From: Euryarchaeota archaeon UBA89
GTDB lineage: Archaea; Thermoplasmatota; Poseidoniia; Poseidoniales; Thalassarchaeaceae
Length of the DNA: 64,000 nucleotides
Assembly (NCBI GenBank): GCA_002495525.1
Contig: DAFS01000037.1
Coordinates: 19,103 to 83,102 of the forward strand
Reading direction: 5' to 3'
Shown in pieces: positions 8,978 through 18,429 of the stretch. The position numbers and the translations under genes were made by a program. Position 1 is the stretch's first letter, and each line of letters starts with the position of its first letter. The notes under the pieces are model-generated. The model saw nothing but the letters and a program-made list of their open reading frames with translations, had not been told where the DNA came from and searched no databases.

Positions 8978-11900
8978 CTACAAAGAAATTCTATTATCAC
9001 AAATAGGGCATTTAATCATTTTAAGTCCCATTGATACTTCAAATCTCGATGAACACTCAGGGCATAAAATTTGTCTATTAATTTCTGGTATTTCTGCCAC
9101 TCCTGAAGGTGGCAAAGGTATTGCTTGTAGTGGTACAGATAATTCTTGTTGTTTCTCCTCAAATCCGATTTTCATTCCTCTTACATTAGAATTCTTCCGA
9201 CTTTCCCTTCTTTGTTTCCTAGTATTCGTTTCCTCAATATCCTCATCTATCAATTCAATCTCTGAAGACTTAATTTCGATATCTGTTGAATCTACAATAT
9301 CAACTACATTTTCTTCTAAGACAATGTTTCCGGTTGCAACCCTTCTTCTTTTTCTACCAACCCACTTTAATGCACTTAATGACATTGTAGATAGTACTAA
9401 CAGACATATTAGTAAGACCGTTATTGAGATTCCAGCCATTAGTATTCCAAAATTTTGCTCATCAAGACCTAAGTATATTCTCATCTCATCAAGTAAATTT
9501 AAGTCACCTCTATCGGGGTCATTATCATCTATTAAAGATCTTATTTCCCATCCATCTATTTCATTCCAACTCAGAATAATAGATTGATCACTCAATGGGC
9601 TCCTATCCACGGAAGAAAGATGATTTTTTCCTGTTGTAATCCTATCGGACAGTCCAATCCATTCTTCATCATGAATTGGATTCATCAGCCCATATTGTAT
9701 CTGACTGCCTGTCGGGCCGACAAAGTCATAAAAAATCTGTATACCTAAGTGGGTTTCAGTCATTTGAATATTACCAATTCCTTTAGATGGTATTTCTACA
9801 CTGAGATTTTCTAAAGCCGTCATGGTCGAATCAGTAACTTTTGCAACTAATTTTGATTCTGCATCTGAGCCTTCTTTCCAAACCGAATAGATATAATCGC
9901 TACCATCATACGTAATTACTGACATCTTTTGCATGCCTGCTTCATCTCCAATAGCCTTCCTATAAGTCCAAGAAGTTTGGTCACTGGAACCATGTGCATA
10001 CCACAATCCTATTCTTTCGTCACCAGTGATATCGTCTCTATTTGATTGGTATAGTACGTGAGTATATTCTCCCCCTAGTTCTACAGTTACTGGGTCAGAA
10101 TCATACATACTAAGTTCTATTTCGTCAATAACATTTGGTGTGAGTTCCCAGTCGCTAGCTAATTTAGGGTAATCCGATGTTAATAAGAACACACTGGTTA
10201 GGTCCTTGAAAGTCCCTCCTGTTGAAATATCTCTATGATAACCTCCAATAATTATGTCAGTTCCTCTGACATCCATGTCGATACCAAAATATTTCCCATC
10301 TGATAACGATATAGGTTGCATTAAGTCTTGAACAGGGCTCATTTCACACGTAGCGTCAATTCTCGAGTAACTTATTGTTTGTTTGAAGTAACCCTGATTG
10401 TCAATATATCTCCTAGTCCAAGAAATATGAGCGTATCCATCACTTGTACTCCAAGAAGTCAAATCTCCCGACCATTTCACTTCAAGCATATTAGAACAAG
10501 GTACTAGTGCAAGATTTTCATTTAAGCGATATAGAGCCAAACCTCCTTCTTTGCTAGTAATAACTAAACCTTCTCCATTTAGATCTATGACTCTCACTGG
10601 TTCTTCCCCATAATCGAATATTAAATCACGAGGGGCTTTCAATGATGACTGATCTACAAGAATTGTAGAAGTAATTTCATTGTTACTCATGTCTAAATCA
10701 CTTTCTCCTTGAACTGTAATTTTTATTTCCAGAGGTCCCACTTCTGGATGAATATATGCAAATGCAATTTGACTTGCACCTTGCCCCACCACAAGGGAAA
10801 TAGTGGTTGTAGAAACTTCCATCCAACCAAGATCATTTTTCAGCCAAAGAGTCGCATCTACAGACATTGCATTAGTTGAACCTAAGTTATCAACTCTACC
10901 GGTAATTAGGAATTGTTCCTGAGGTCTTGGTATTGATGGTTCTGTCTTTACCGCTCCATCTCTGAAAGCTAAATCAATACCTTGTGGTCTTTGTAGAACC
11001 GGGAATGAAATTGATATGTCATTATCCGATTCATTATTTTCTTGTATCTCATCATCAGGGTCTAAAGAAACTGTTAATTGTTTATCCCCTACTGTAGATG
11101 GGTTCCATGATAGTGAAATTTCTATTATGTCTCCACTTTCTAAACTTTGTATGATTATCTCATCTTTTCTAAATCCATCCTCCAAAAGATAAATCCTCAA
11201 TTCATCTGCTGAAATGTCACCTATATTTCGTATCTGAACTTTTGCTTCTAAAAATGTATTTACATATGTCTCACTAACTGGTATTCCATATTCTTGAACT
11301 GAGATTCCAGTTCTAAACATCAAGTCGGGAGAAGGAGGATTATTGTCAATTTCAACTGTAATTCTAATTTCTTCAGATGCTACACCTACTCCACTAACAA
11401 ACCTGACAGAGAACCTTTGTATCCCATCATCAGTATTCTCAGTATCCCACGGTATTGACCATTGTATTTCTTCTGCTCCTGAACCTGAATAATAAGTCAT
11501 ATTTTTCCATTCATCAGTCCCTAGCCTCCACTGTAGTTGAGCACCATTAACGGTTTCCAATAACCCACTAATTTCAACGTCCCCACTCACAAGATCTTGG
11601 TTGCTAGGCGAATCTACTTCTAGAGATATTATTCCTAAATTATGAGTATTTTTTGTCGTATTACTCCATTGTTCGAACTCATTTCTAGATTTTACCTCAA
11701 TTTGGAGAGTTTCTGCATCTACATCAACATCTTCTTCAAAATTTGGAATATCAAAATTTGTAGTCCAATTAATTGTTCCAAGTGCCTGATGCCAATCAAC
11801 TAGGACACCTGTTGAGAGAGGCCCTCCTCCAGTTGGTCTGTACTTGTATGTGACTCGAACTTGAATTTCTTCAGTAGTCCCATTCTCTTCTCCAGCTTCA

Positions 11901-13810
11901 TTAATATGTCCTCTGACACTGTAACTTTGACCTTCAATTAACCATAAACCACTTGGTTTTTCTATTACTGCCCAGTTTCCTGTTCCTTCACCAACTGGGG
12001 GGTCACCTCCTCCAGTTCCATTTCCGGGGTCACCTCCTCCATTCCCTCCACCTGTATCATCTCCTAACATAGCCTGAAGAATTAGATTTCCATCGATTAT
12101 TCCAAATCCATAATCTTCATTCCATATATCTGAAACAGACGGCATTGAGGCGGTCCCTCTAACTTCCGAATTATTTCTCAATAAATCCTTAACTTCCTGA
12201 GGTTCTAATTCATCATCTATTTGTAAAATTATTGCAACTAATCCTGCAACTGCCGGTGTTGACATGCTGGTGCCATCCATCGATACATAGCCATCATCCG
12301 CGAGAGATGACGAATCTTGCCCTGGGATAGTTGAACTTGACGTGGCATGTTGTGCTGACGTAATACCTGAACCCGGTGCAACTACATCGGGTTTCAATTC
12401 ATCCCATTTATTTTCATCATTATCGTCTACTCTAGGTCCTGAATTTGAGTAATCTGCAATATCATCATCATTTCTTTGAATTGTATTTTTGTCATCTATT
12501 GCCCCAACAGTAATCGAAGAATCAGCGGCACCTACCGAAGTGACTCTATTGCTTCCATCATTCCCTATTGCAGCAATAGGTACAATTCCTGCTTCGGCGC
12601 AATTATTAACAAGTCTAGCTGCAGAATTATTCCCATCATCTCCTTGATCATTTTCGCCAACTGGTGAGCTTCCGCTCCCAAATGACATGGTCATTACATC
12701 GATACCTTCGCTTGAATCATTATTCCCCCAATCCGTATTTACATTTTGTAAGACCCATTGCAATCCTTTGATTATAGGTCCCTCATCTCCGCCTGCACTT
12801 CCTCCTGAATCAGTCATTACTTTTACGTCAACAAGATAGGAACCCGGCGCATAGCCTTGGTTTACTCTTCTAGAATCTCCAGTACCTAGAGCAATTCCAG
12901 CAACATGAGTTCCATGACCGTTCCCGTCATCTGGATCGAATTCACCATCATTACATTCTTGAGAGTTCCAAGATGTTGCATCGCAACCTGCTAACCATTT
13001 TGGATCTGAGAGGTCATCTGGTTGTTTCTCATTATCATTATTATTATCTGAAAAATCATCTAAAGAAAAATGCTCATTATCTACTCCTGAGTCTAAAACT
13101 GCGATAACCACTCCTGACCCATCATATCCAAAATCTCTCAATGTTTCATCATACACCTCAGATGTCTGGACTTTAGACCCTCTAGTTGCCACGCTCAGAT
13201 AAGAGACAATTTTATCCTGTTCTTCTATCATTACAACTCCATCTTGCTGCCATATTTCTATCAATGAACTAACTGGGACATGATCAATTACTACAGAATC
13301 AATATATTCTACAGGGAAAAACCAAGAACCTTCTTCTTCCCATCCATGATTAACTAAAATTTCTTTCAGTTTTTGTAGATCGGTTTCACCGGGGTGCCAT
13401 GAGTATCCTACAATTATCGCAGTGGTCATTCGTCCATCATTTCCTAGAATCGCAGTTGCAGAATGAGATTCTTTTCCACCTGCAATCATATATTGTAGGC
13501 TATCTTCCATTCCATTACTATCCCTATCAGTATTGAAATTCATCCACCAGTACGGTTCTTCAACTGCGGGACTCGCATCCCAAGGGGGAAATCCAATCCC
13601 AAGAAATTTTTCGGGACATATCTCATTATGACAAATTAATGCAGGGATTCCATCATCTATTACTTGTAACAAACCTTCATTATCCTCGTCAAGGTGCTGA
13701 TTATAGTTCTCTTCCGAAGGTACAATTGCAGAAACTCCTACTGATAAATCTAGTACTAACATCAGTATTACAACTAACATAGGCCCTACTGTTTTCGATG
13801 CTCCTGCCAT
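8978..13810 (-). CDS. Giant (1,610 aa) membrane-anchored subtilisin-family (S8) serine protease with CARDB-like domains and a cytoplasmic zinc-ribbon tail
   Basis: It starts with a signal peptide. The catalytic triad motifs are VIAVLDSGVD, GHGTHVAG and DGTSMSTPAVAG, with the protease domain at about 12130-13140. A Gly-rich linker follows (GGGNGGGDPGNGTGGGDPP). A CARDB-like segment ends ...DPDDEIQENNESDN. A single TM lies at about 9368-9451, followed by a 129-aa acidic tail ending CPECSSRFEVSMGLKMIKCPICDNR. Confidence 0.9.
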   Translation of the reverse strand: MAGASKTVGPMLVVILMLVLDLSVGVSAIVPSEENYNQHLDEDNEGLLQVIDDGIPALICHNEICPEKFLGIGFPPWDASPAVEEPYWWMNFNTDRDSNGMEDSLQYMIAGGKESHSATAILGNDGRMTTAIIVGYSWHPGETDLQKLKEILVNHGWEEEGSWFFPVEYIDSVVIDHVPVSSLIEIWQQDGVVMIEEQDKIVSYLSVATRGSKVQTSEVYDETLRDFGYDGSGVVIAVLDSGVDNEHFSLDDFSDNNNDNEKQPDDLSDPKWLAGCDATSWNSQECNDGEFDPDDGNGHGTHVAGIALGTGDSRRVNQGYAPGSYLVDVKVMTDSGGSAGGDEGPIIKGLQWVLQNVNTDWGNNDSSEGIDVMTMSFGSGSSPVGENDQGDDGNNSAARLVNNCAEAGIVPIAAIGNDGSNRVTSVGAADSSITVGAIDDKNTIQRNDDDIADYSNSGPRVDDNDENKWDELKPDVVAPGSGITSAQHATSSSTIPGQDSSSLADDGYVSMDGTSMSTPAVAGLVAIILQIDDELEPQEVKDLLRNNSEVRGTASMPSVSDIWNEDYGFGIIDGNLILQAMLGDDTGGGNGGGDPGNGTGGGDPPVGEGTGNWAVIEKPSGLWLIEGQSYSVRGHINEAGEENGTTEEIQVRVTYKYRPTGGGPLSTGVLVDWHQALGTINWTTNFDIPNFEEDVDVDAETLQIEVKSRNEFEQWSNTTKNTHNLGIISLEVDSPSNQDLVSGDVEISGLLETVNGAQLQWRLGTDEWKNMTYYSGSGAEEIQWSIPWDTENTDDGIQRFSVRFVSGVGVASEEIRITVEIDNNPPSPDLMFRTGISVQEYGIPVSETYVNTFLEAKVQIRNIGDISADELRIYLLEDGFRKDEIIIQSLESGDIIEISLSWNPSTVGDKQLTVSLDPDDEIQENNESDNDISISFPVLQRPQGIDLAFRDGAVKTEPSIPRPQEQFLITGRVDNLGSTNAMSVDATLWLKNDLGWMEVSTTTISLVVGQGASQIAFAYIHPEVGPLEIKITVQGESDLDMSNNEITSTILVDQSSLKAPRDLIFDYGEEPVRVIDLNGEGLVITSKEGGLALYRLNENLALVPCSNMLEVKWSGDLTSWSTSDGYAHISWTRRYIDNQGYFKQTISYSRIDATCEMSPVQDLMQPISLSDGKYFGIDMDVRGTDIIIGGYHRDISTGGTFKDLTSVFLLTSDYPKLASDWELTPNVIDEIELSMYDSDPVTVELGGEYTHVLYQSNRDDITGDERIGLWYAHGSSDQTSWTYRKAIGDEAGMQKMSVITYDGSDYIYSVWKEGSDAESKLVAKVTDSTMTALENLSVEIPSKGIGNIQMTETHLGIQIFYDFVGPTGSQIQYGLMNPIHDEEWIGLSDRITTGKNHLSSVDRSPLSDQSIILSWNEIDGWEIRSLIDDNDPDRGDLNLLDEMRIYLGLDEQNFGILMAGISITVLLICLLVLSTMSLSALKWVGRKRRRVATGNIVLEENVVDIVDSTDIEIKSSEIELIDEDIEETNTRKQRRESRKNSNVRGMKIGFEEKQQELSVPLQAIPLPPSGVAEIPEINRQILCPECSSRFEVSMGLKMIKCPICDNRISL

Positions 13811-13827
13811 GGCTCTCTTAGAGAGCC
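13811..13827 (-). promoter_or_regulatory. Perfect 7-bp stem / 3-nt loop hairpin abutting the subtilase start codon
   Basis: GGCTCTC-TTA-GAGAGCC lies at 13811-13827, immediately 5' of the ATG (13810-13808) on the mRNA strand. It sits in the 68-nt spacer after the rhomboid gene. Confidence 0.35.
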
Positions 13828-13878
13828 AGCATAGGTAGAGGTATAATTTGAACCGATAATTAATTCATTTTTATTGAA

Positions 13879-14919
13879 TTATGGCCAGAAAAGATGTTCT
13901 TTATTCAAGGAACAAATCAGGCTGTAATTTTCATCTTTCTCGAACAACTTCACTTCTCCATTACAAATTGGGCATATTGTATTCTCCGCAAGCTCTTCAA
14001 GCCATGCCTGTCTTGTTTCTAACTCGTCACCCTGTTCTTTAAGATTCTCCAGAATTCTTTTTGCATTTCCCTCTAGAGGTTTTCCTTCATTATCCCATGG
14101 ATCCTCATCTAATATACCTAGATTTCTTTTTGCAACGATTCTCTTTGCTTCAACGATATTTACGGCTTTGTTTTGAGTACTTTCAGAATTTAATGGGCTG
14201 GGGCCCCCTTTTGCTATAATTCTCGCAAATAAAAATGTCATAAAAAACCCTCCTATATGAGCCATATGAGCGATATTGGTATCCCCTGAAGTCCCTTCTT
14301 GGATTACATAAATTTGATAAATTTCCAACCCCAATCTTACAAAAACAATAATCCATACAGGCCATGCCCTAATTAAGAATAATAGTGGAAATTCTATTTC
14401 ATCATTTGGCCAACATGCCATGTAAGCTCCCAGTAATCCAAACGCTGCGCCACTAGCACCTATTGCAGGATTTATTGAATCCGGATGTGAAGCAACCCAT
14501 GCTAAATTACCTCCTAAGAATCCCAGTATGTAAACAAGCATCCATCTTTTACTACCTAACCTTTGTTCTAAAGGCACCCCCACAAGTCCAATTACCAGAA
14601 TATTAGATAGTACATGTAACCAATCTGCATGTAGCCAGGCAGAAGTGAAAAAACGATGTATCTGTAGGGGTTCATCCGCTAAAAATGGGTATAAGGAGAG
14701 AAAATGTATCTCATTAAAATCTAGTTCCAACATAGAAAAAGTGAATCTAACAAACATTACTAGGAGTAGTGAAAGAACCATGGCTAAAGCTATACTTGTT
14801 TTTTCTCTTATTGAATTGATAAAAGGAATTATTGAAACTATAATATATATTGAAAGAAGTACGAAATCACTATTTTCTAATTGTGACCAGTATAAATCAT
14901 ACTCCGCAGAGGTAATCAC
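13879..14919 (-). CDS. Rhomboid-family intramembrane serine protease with a C-terminal zinc-ribbon-like extension
   Basis: HADWLHVLSNIL, the catalytic GASGAAFGLLGAY and AHMAHIGGF sit in a 6-TM core. A soluble tail of about 120 aa ends CPICNGEVKLFEKDENYSLICSLNKEH. Confidence 0.9.
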   Translation of the reverse strand: MITSAEYDLYWSQLENSDFVLLSIYIIVSIIPFINSIREKTSIALAMVLSLLLVMFVRFTFSMLELDFNEIHFLSLYPFLADEPLQIHRFFTSAWLHADWLHVLSNILVIGLVGVPLEQRLGSKRWMLVYILGFLGGNLAWVASHPDSINPAIGASGAAFGLLGAYMACWPNDEIEFPLLFLIRAWPVWIIVFVRLGLEIYQIYVIQEGTSGDTNIAHMAHIGGFFMTFLFARIIAKGGPSPLNSESTQNKAVNIVEAKRIVAKRNLGILDEDPWDNEGKPLEGNAKRILENLKEQGDELETRQAWLEELAENTICPICNGEVKLFEKDENYSLICSLNKEHLFWP

Positions 14920-15002
14920 AAACTATACCCGGCCGTATTGTAGCAATAGCGCCTTCGATACTTTGTCGAACGACTCAAACGGTGAACCACCCTCGCAAGT
15001 AC

Positions 15003-16415
15003 ATGGAAGTTCAGACCCTAATTCAGATTTCGGGTCTTGAAATTCATAGAGGGAACCGTCTCATAATCTCAGATTTCGATTTTGAATTATCCGAAGGAGA
15101 GGTGGTTACTTTAGTTGGTCCAAATGGTTGTGGTAAAACTACTTTACTCGAATCTAGCGCAGGTATGCATACAATCTCTTCTGGCTCAATTTATTGGAGA
15201 GATGACTTATCGGGGATGAAACTAGTAAGAGATTCAGATGGTAGGAGAAATCCTTTACCTCCAATGGGTTTAACTTTACAAAAAAATGGAATATCTGGCG
15301 AAGAAACAGTCCAAGAAAGGATGAAAACTGTTCTTACAGTTTCTGGATGTGATTTCGATGATATAAAAGTCCAAGAATTACTCGATTGTTGGGGTCTTAA
15401 ACACAGAAGTTCCGATAGAGTTTCTCAATTGTCTGGAGGGCTGGCTAGAAGACTCTCGGTACTTTCAGGACTTGCACCGGCTTTATTATCCAAAAAATCT
15501 CGAGTCGTACTACTCGACGAACCCTCAGAGGGATTAGATAAATCAGCTAAATTACTTTTGATTAATTGGTTGAGAGCTTTAATATCAAGAGGGCATGGAA
15601 TAATTGTAGCAACACATGATTCTGATTTAATTTCGATAGCTGATAGAATACTCAAATTTAGTAATGGAAAAGAAGTAAATCTTAGTTCTCAACCACAGCC
15701 AGAATCTAACTTCATAATTCCTAATTCTACAAATAATGTTCCAATTAAAAAAGTTTCTAGTCTATTTAATTGGGCTTACAGGATGGAAAAAAGAAACCCA
15801 ATCGATACCATTAATCGCCTAATCCCTGCTATTCTTGCACTATTACTATCTCATGCTTTGGTATCCGAAGATGAAATATCTATCGTAGGTACCGATTTTT
15901 TTTCTGCATTGATTCTACTCCCTTCATTTATTTCCGTAGTAATCCCTCCTGCTCTGATTAGTAGATATGCAGAAGAAAATTGTGGACGATGGTGGTCAGC
16001 AGTAATAGGTCCTAAATTCCGTCTTTCATCATCAATTATTGGTTCTTCGATTTTACTTCCAATCCCCTTAATTTATCTTTCATGGTTTATTCTGAGCGAT
16101 AATTTAGCAAGTGTCGATGATTCAGTAGTCTATTGGTTATGGTTACCTTGCTTAGTAATGTACTTTGTTGCAATTGCTGCCTCATCATTACATTTGTTGG
16201 TTTCTGACTTGAGGAGATCTGGAGCATCTGTTGTATCTTTACTACTGTTAGTTCTCGTTTGGCCATTTATTGAATTAGTTGATTCTCTTGAGATGATTAT
16301 TCTCAATGGTATGAGTTGGGGATTTTCATTGGAAGAACCAATTTTTATGATGTTTTTGGCTGGTACAATTAGTTTATTGGTGTGGATTGTTTCTGTATAT
16401 CTTCCGGAAGCATGA
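15003..16415 (+). CDS. ABC ATPase fused to a polytopic membrane domain; probable CcmA-CcmB heme-exporter fusion
   Basis: It has Walker A GPNGCGKTT, signature LSGGLARR and Walker B VLLDEPSEGLD, followed by a multi-TM half of about 230 aa. Its stop overlaps the ccmC start (ATGA at 16412-16415). I take ATG 15003 as the start rather than GTG 14982. Confidence 0.65.
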   Translation: MEVQTLIQISGLEIHRGNRLIISDFDFELSEGEVVTLVGPNGCGKTTLLESSAGMHTISSGSIYWRDDLSGMKLVRDSDGRRNPLPPMGLTLQKNGISGEETVQERMKTVLTVSGCDFDDIKVQELLDCWGLKHRSSDRVSQLSGGLARRLSVLSGLAPALLSKKSRVVLLDEPSEGLDKSAKLLLINWLRALISRGHGIIVATHDSDLISIADRILKFSNGKEVNLSSQPQPESNFIIPNSTNNVPIKKVSSLFNWAYRMEKRNPIDTINRLIPAILALLLSHALVSEDEISIVGTDFFSALILLPSFISVVIPPALISRYAEENCGRWWSAVIGPKFRLSSSIIGSSILLPIPLIYLSWFILSDNLASVDDSVVYWLWLPCLVMYFVAIAASSLHLLVSDLRRSGASVVSLLLLVLVWPFIELVDSLEMIILNGMSWGFSLEEPIFMMFLAGTISLLVWIVSVYLPEA

Positions 16416-17167
16416 AAACGAGCATTCATCATATAGTGACCTCTCCCAAGTTTGTGTCCTCAATGAAATACTATGGTTGGGGATTAACATGCATAGGCGG
16501 AGCAGGTGTTTTACTAACTGCAATAATGGGTTATACATATGCGCCCTTAGTGCAATCTCCGCCATTTAGATCTCCGGAGGCCTATCGAATACTTTTCTGG
16601 CACGTGCCTTTTGCTTGGACATCTTTTCTATCATTTTGTCTATTATTTATTGGAGCAATTTCTTGGTTTTTGAAGAGAAAAGAATGGGGCTGGAATTTGT
16701 TTTGTACAGGCTCTGATCTGGGTCTCCTGTTTGGATTGGGAGTAGTCATTTCTGGCCCAATATGGGGTTCAGCAGAATGGGGGGTGCCATGGGATTGGGG
16801 AGATCTGAGATTGAATACATTCGGTTTACTTACTGCTGTTGCATTATTCATCGTTCTATCTAGAAAAGCACAACCTGACGGAATCGAAACTAGAGACACT
16901 CTTTCCACAGTAGGATTGTTCGGCTTTGCCTTGGTACCTATTACGGCTGTAGCAACTACCGTTTATCAGAAAAGGCATCCTTCTGTCGTAATCGCAGAAT
17001 CCAGTGAAACAGGATTAGACCCAAAAATGCTCGAAGTTCTAATTTTGGGTGTAATATCTTTCTGGATATTAATGGCTGGGCTATCTCTTCTAACTTACAT
17101 CTCATATAAAATGGAATATGAGTTAAGAAAATTATTAGATAAAATAGATGAAGAGGTGGTCCATTGA
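16412..17167 (+). CDS. ccmC: Heme exporter / cytochrome c maturation protein CcmC
   Basis: The Trp-rich WWD motif WGSAEWGVPWDWGDLRLNT and the conserved His context FWHVPFAW are present in a 6-TM protein. Confidence 0.85.
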   Translation: MKTSIHHIVTSPKFVSSMKYYGWGLTCIGGAGVLLTAIMGYTYAPLVQSPPFRSPEAYRILFWHVPFAWTSFLSFCLLFIGAISWFLKRKEWGWNLFCTGSDLGLLFGLGVVISGPIWGSAEWGVPWDWGDLRLNTFGLLTAVALFIVLSRKAQPDGIETRDTLSTVGLFGFALVPITAVATTVYQKRHPSVVIAESSETGLDPKMLEVLILGVISFWILMAGLSLLTYISYKMEYELRKLLDKIDEEVVH

Positions 17168-17316
17168 ACGGTTTTACCTCTTATCTAGTTACTTACTCAA
17201 TCTTAGGATTTTTATTGAGTTATTATATCGTTTACATGGGCAGGAAATTAGATCATCTTAGAATAAGAATTAGAGAGTGTAAATTGTCATTAGAGGATAA
17301 TATCTCTGAAAATTAA
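17164..17316 (+). CDS. CcmD-like small single-TM protein (50 aa, TTG start overlapping the ccmC stop)
   Basis: LNGFTSYLVTYSILGFLLSYYIVYMGRKLDHLRIRIRECKLSLEDNISEN* has one TM followed by a basic segment, the size and shape of CcmD, in the canonical position after ccmC. It is not in the ORF track (under 60 aa). Confidence 0.4.
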   Translation: MNGFTSYLVTYSILGFLLSYYIVYMGRKLDHLRIRIRECKLSLEDNISEN

Positions 17317-17361
17317 TTTTTCTCTCACGAATCATTCTAATGTACTACGCTTTCGCAAGGT

Positions 17362-18429
17362 ATGAGCCATATGTCCAAAGATGTATTTTGCATTGTTTGT
17401 GGAGATTCTTCCAAACTTTCTTCCAATCGTCTTTGTGAATCATGTTTCCGTAAGCGTGTAACATTATCAAAAGTCCCTAATACAATACAACAATTTCGCT
17501 GCCCAAAGTGTGAATCATACGAAATCAGAGGTCGTTGGTCCAAGATGGAACAAGAATCGTTGGCGGATTTGAGGATTCGCGATAATTTAGAATTAGATGA
17601 AAGAGCCGAAGATGTGAATATTGGATTCGCATTACAGATTATTGATGATAGAACTAACCGAATTCATCTTGATGTTTCTGGAATGATAGATAATTTTTCT
17701 TTTGAAGATAGCTTCGAGATTTTGTTACAAACTAGTAATGCAATTTGTACTCCTTGTACTAGAAAAGATGGTGCGTATTTTGAGGCTATTGTTCAACTCC
17801 GTTCAGCAGGAAGGAAACTGTCTGAGAAAGAACTCAAGGAATTAAGGGATACTTTAGATGAAATGTTAGGTGGAATGGAGGCAGATCCAATGTTTTTCAT
17901 TACTAAAGAAGGCATTGTAACTGGAGGTTGGGATTTACAACTTGGATCTAAGTCCATGGCTAGGAATTGGGCTCGTATTTTAACAAAGAAGTTTGGAGGT
18001 ACTGTTAAAGAAACATCTACTGTTGTAGGAATGAGAGATGGTATTGAGATTACAAGACTAACAGTCAGCTATCGAAAACCTGCTTATGATGTTGGAGATG
18101 TGGTGAAATTAAATAACGATTTATGGATGATTGATTCCTGGCAGAAAGATGGCCCTATAATCCGTCGATTGAAATTCTTTCATCGAACTGGGGCATCTTG
18201 GAGAGATATGGAAAAGGCTAGAATAATTTGTTCTCGCTCAGAACAATTTATTGTAGATATTTTTAATCGTGATAGTTCTGCTGCAGAGATAATGACTCCT
18301 CATGATTATACTATGGCAACTGTTGCTTTACCCTATGATGATGATAAAAAATCAACAAAACTACGTATTGGGTTCATAGAAGATATGTGGGTAGCGTTAC
18401 CTGGGTTTGTTGGCGAGGTGGATTTATGA
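17362..18429 (+). CDS. nmd3: Archaeal NMD3-family protein (ribosomal large-subunit biogenesis factor homolog)
   Basis: N-terminal CxxC pairs (CIVCGDSS..LCESCF, CPKCESYE) and a later CTPC are followed by the NMD3-like body. The length is about 350 aa. Confidence 0.75.
   Translation: MSHMSKDVFCIVCGDSSKLSSNRLCESCFRKRVTLSKVPNTIQQFRCPKCESYEIRGRWSKMEQESLADLRIRDNLELDERAEDVNIGFALQIIDDRTNRIHLDVSGMIDNFSFEDSFEILLQTSNAICTPCTRKDGAYFEAIVQLRSAGRKLSEKELKELRDTLDEMLGGMEADPMFFITKEGIVTGGWDLQLGSKSMARNWARILTKKFGGTVKETSTVVGMRDGIEITRLTVSYRKPAYDVGDVVKLNNDLWMIDSWQKDGPIIRRLKFFHRTGASWRDMEKARIICSRSEQFIVDIFNRDSSAAEIMTPHDYTMATVALPYDDDKKSTKLRIGFIEDMWVALPGFVGEVDL

Noticed and set aside
11999-12041. Two copies of the 16-nt direct repeat GGGGTCACCTCCTCCA, 27 nt apart, in the subtilase gene
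   Set aside because: The repeat simply encodes the duplicated GGGDP motif of a Gly-rich interdomain linker. It is too short and in-frame to indicate a mobile or regulatory element.
16374-16569. Small ORFs 16374..16565 (-) and 16387..16569 (+) at the ccmAB/ccmC junction
   Set aside because: They overlap the well-supported ccmC frame, which carries the WWD motif further on. They have no features of their own.
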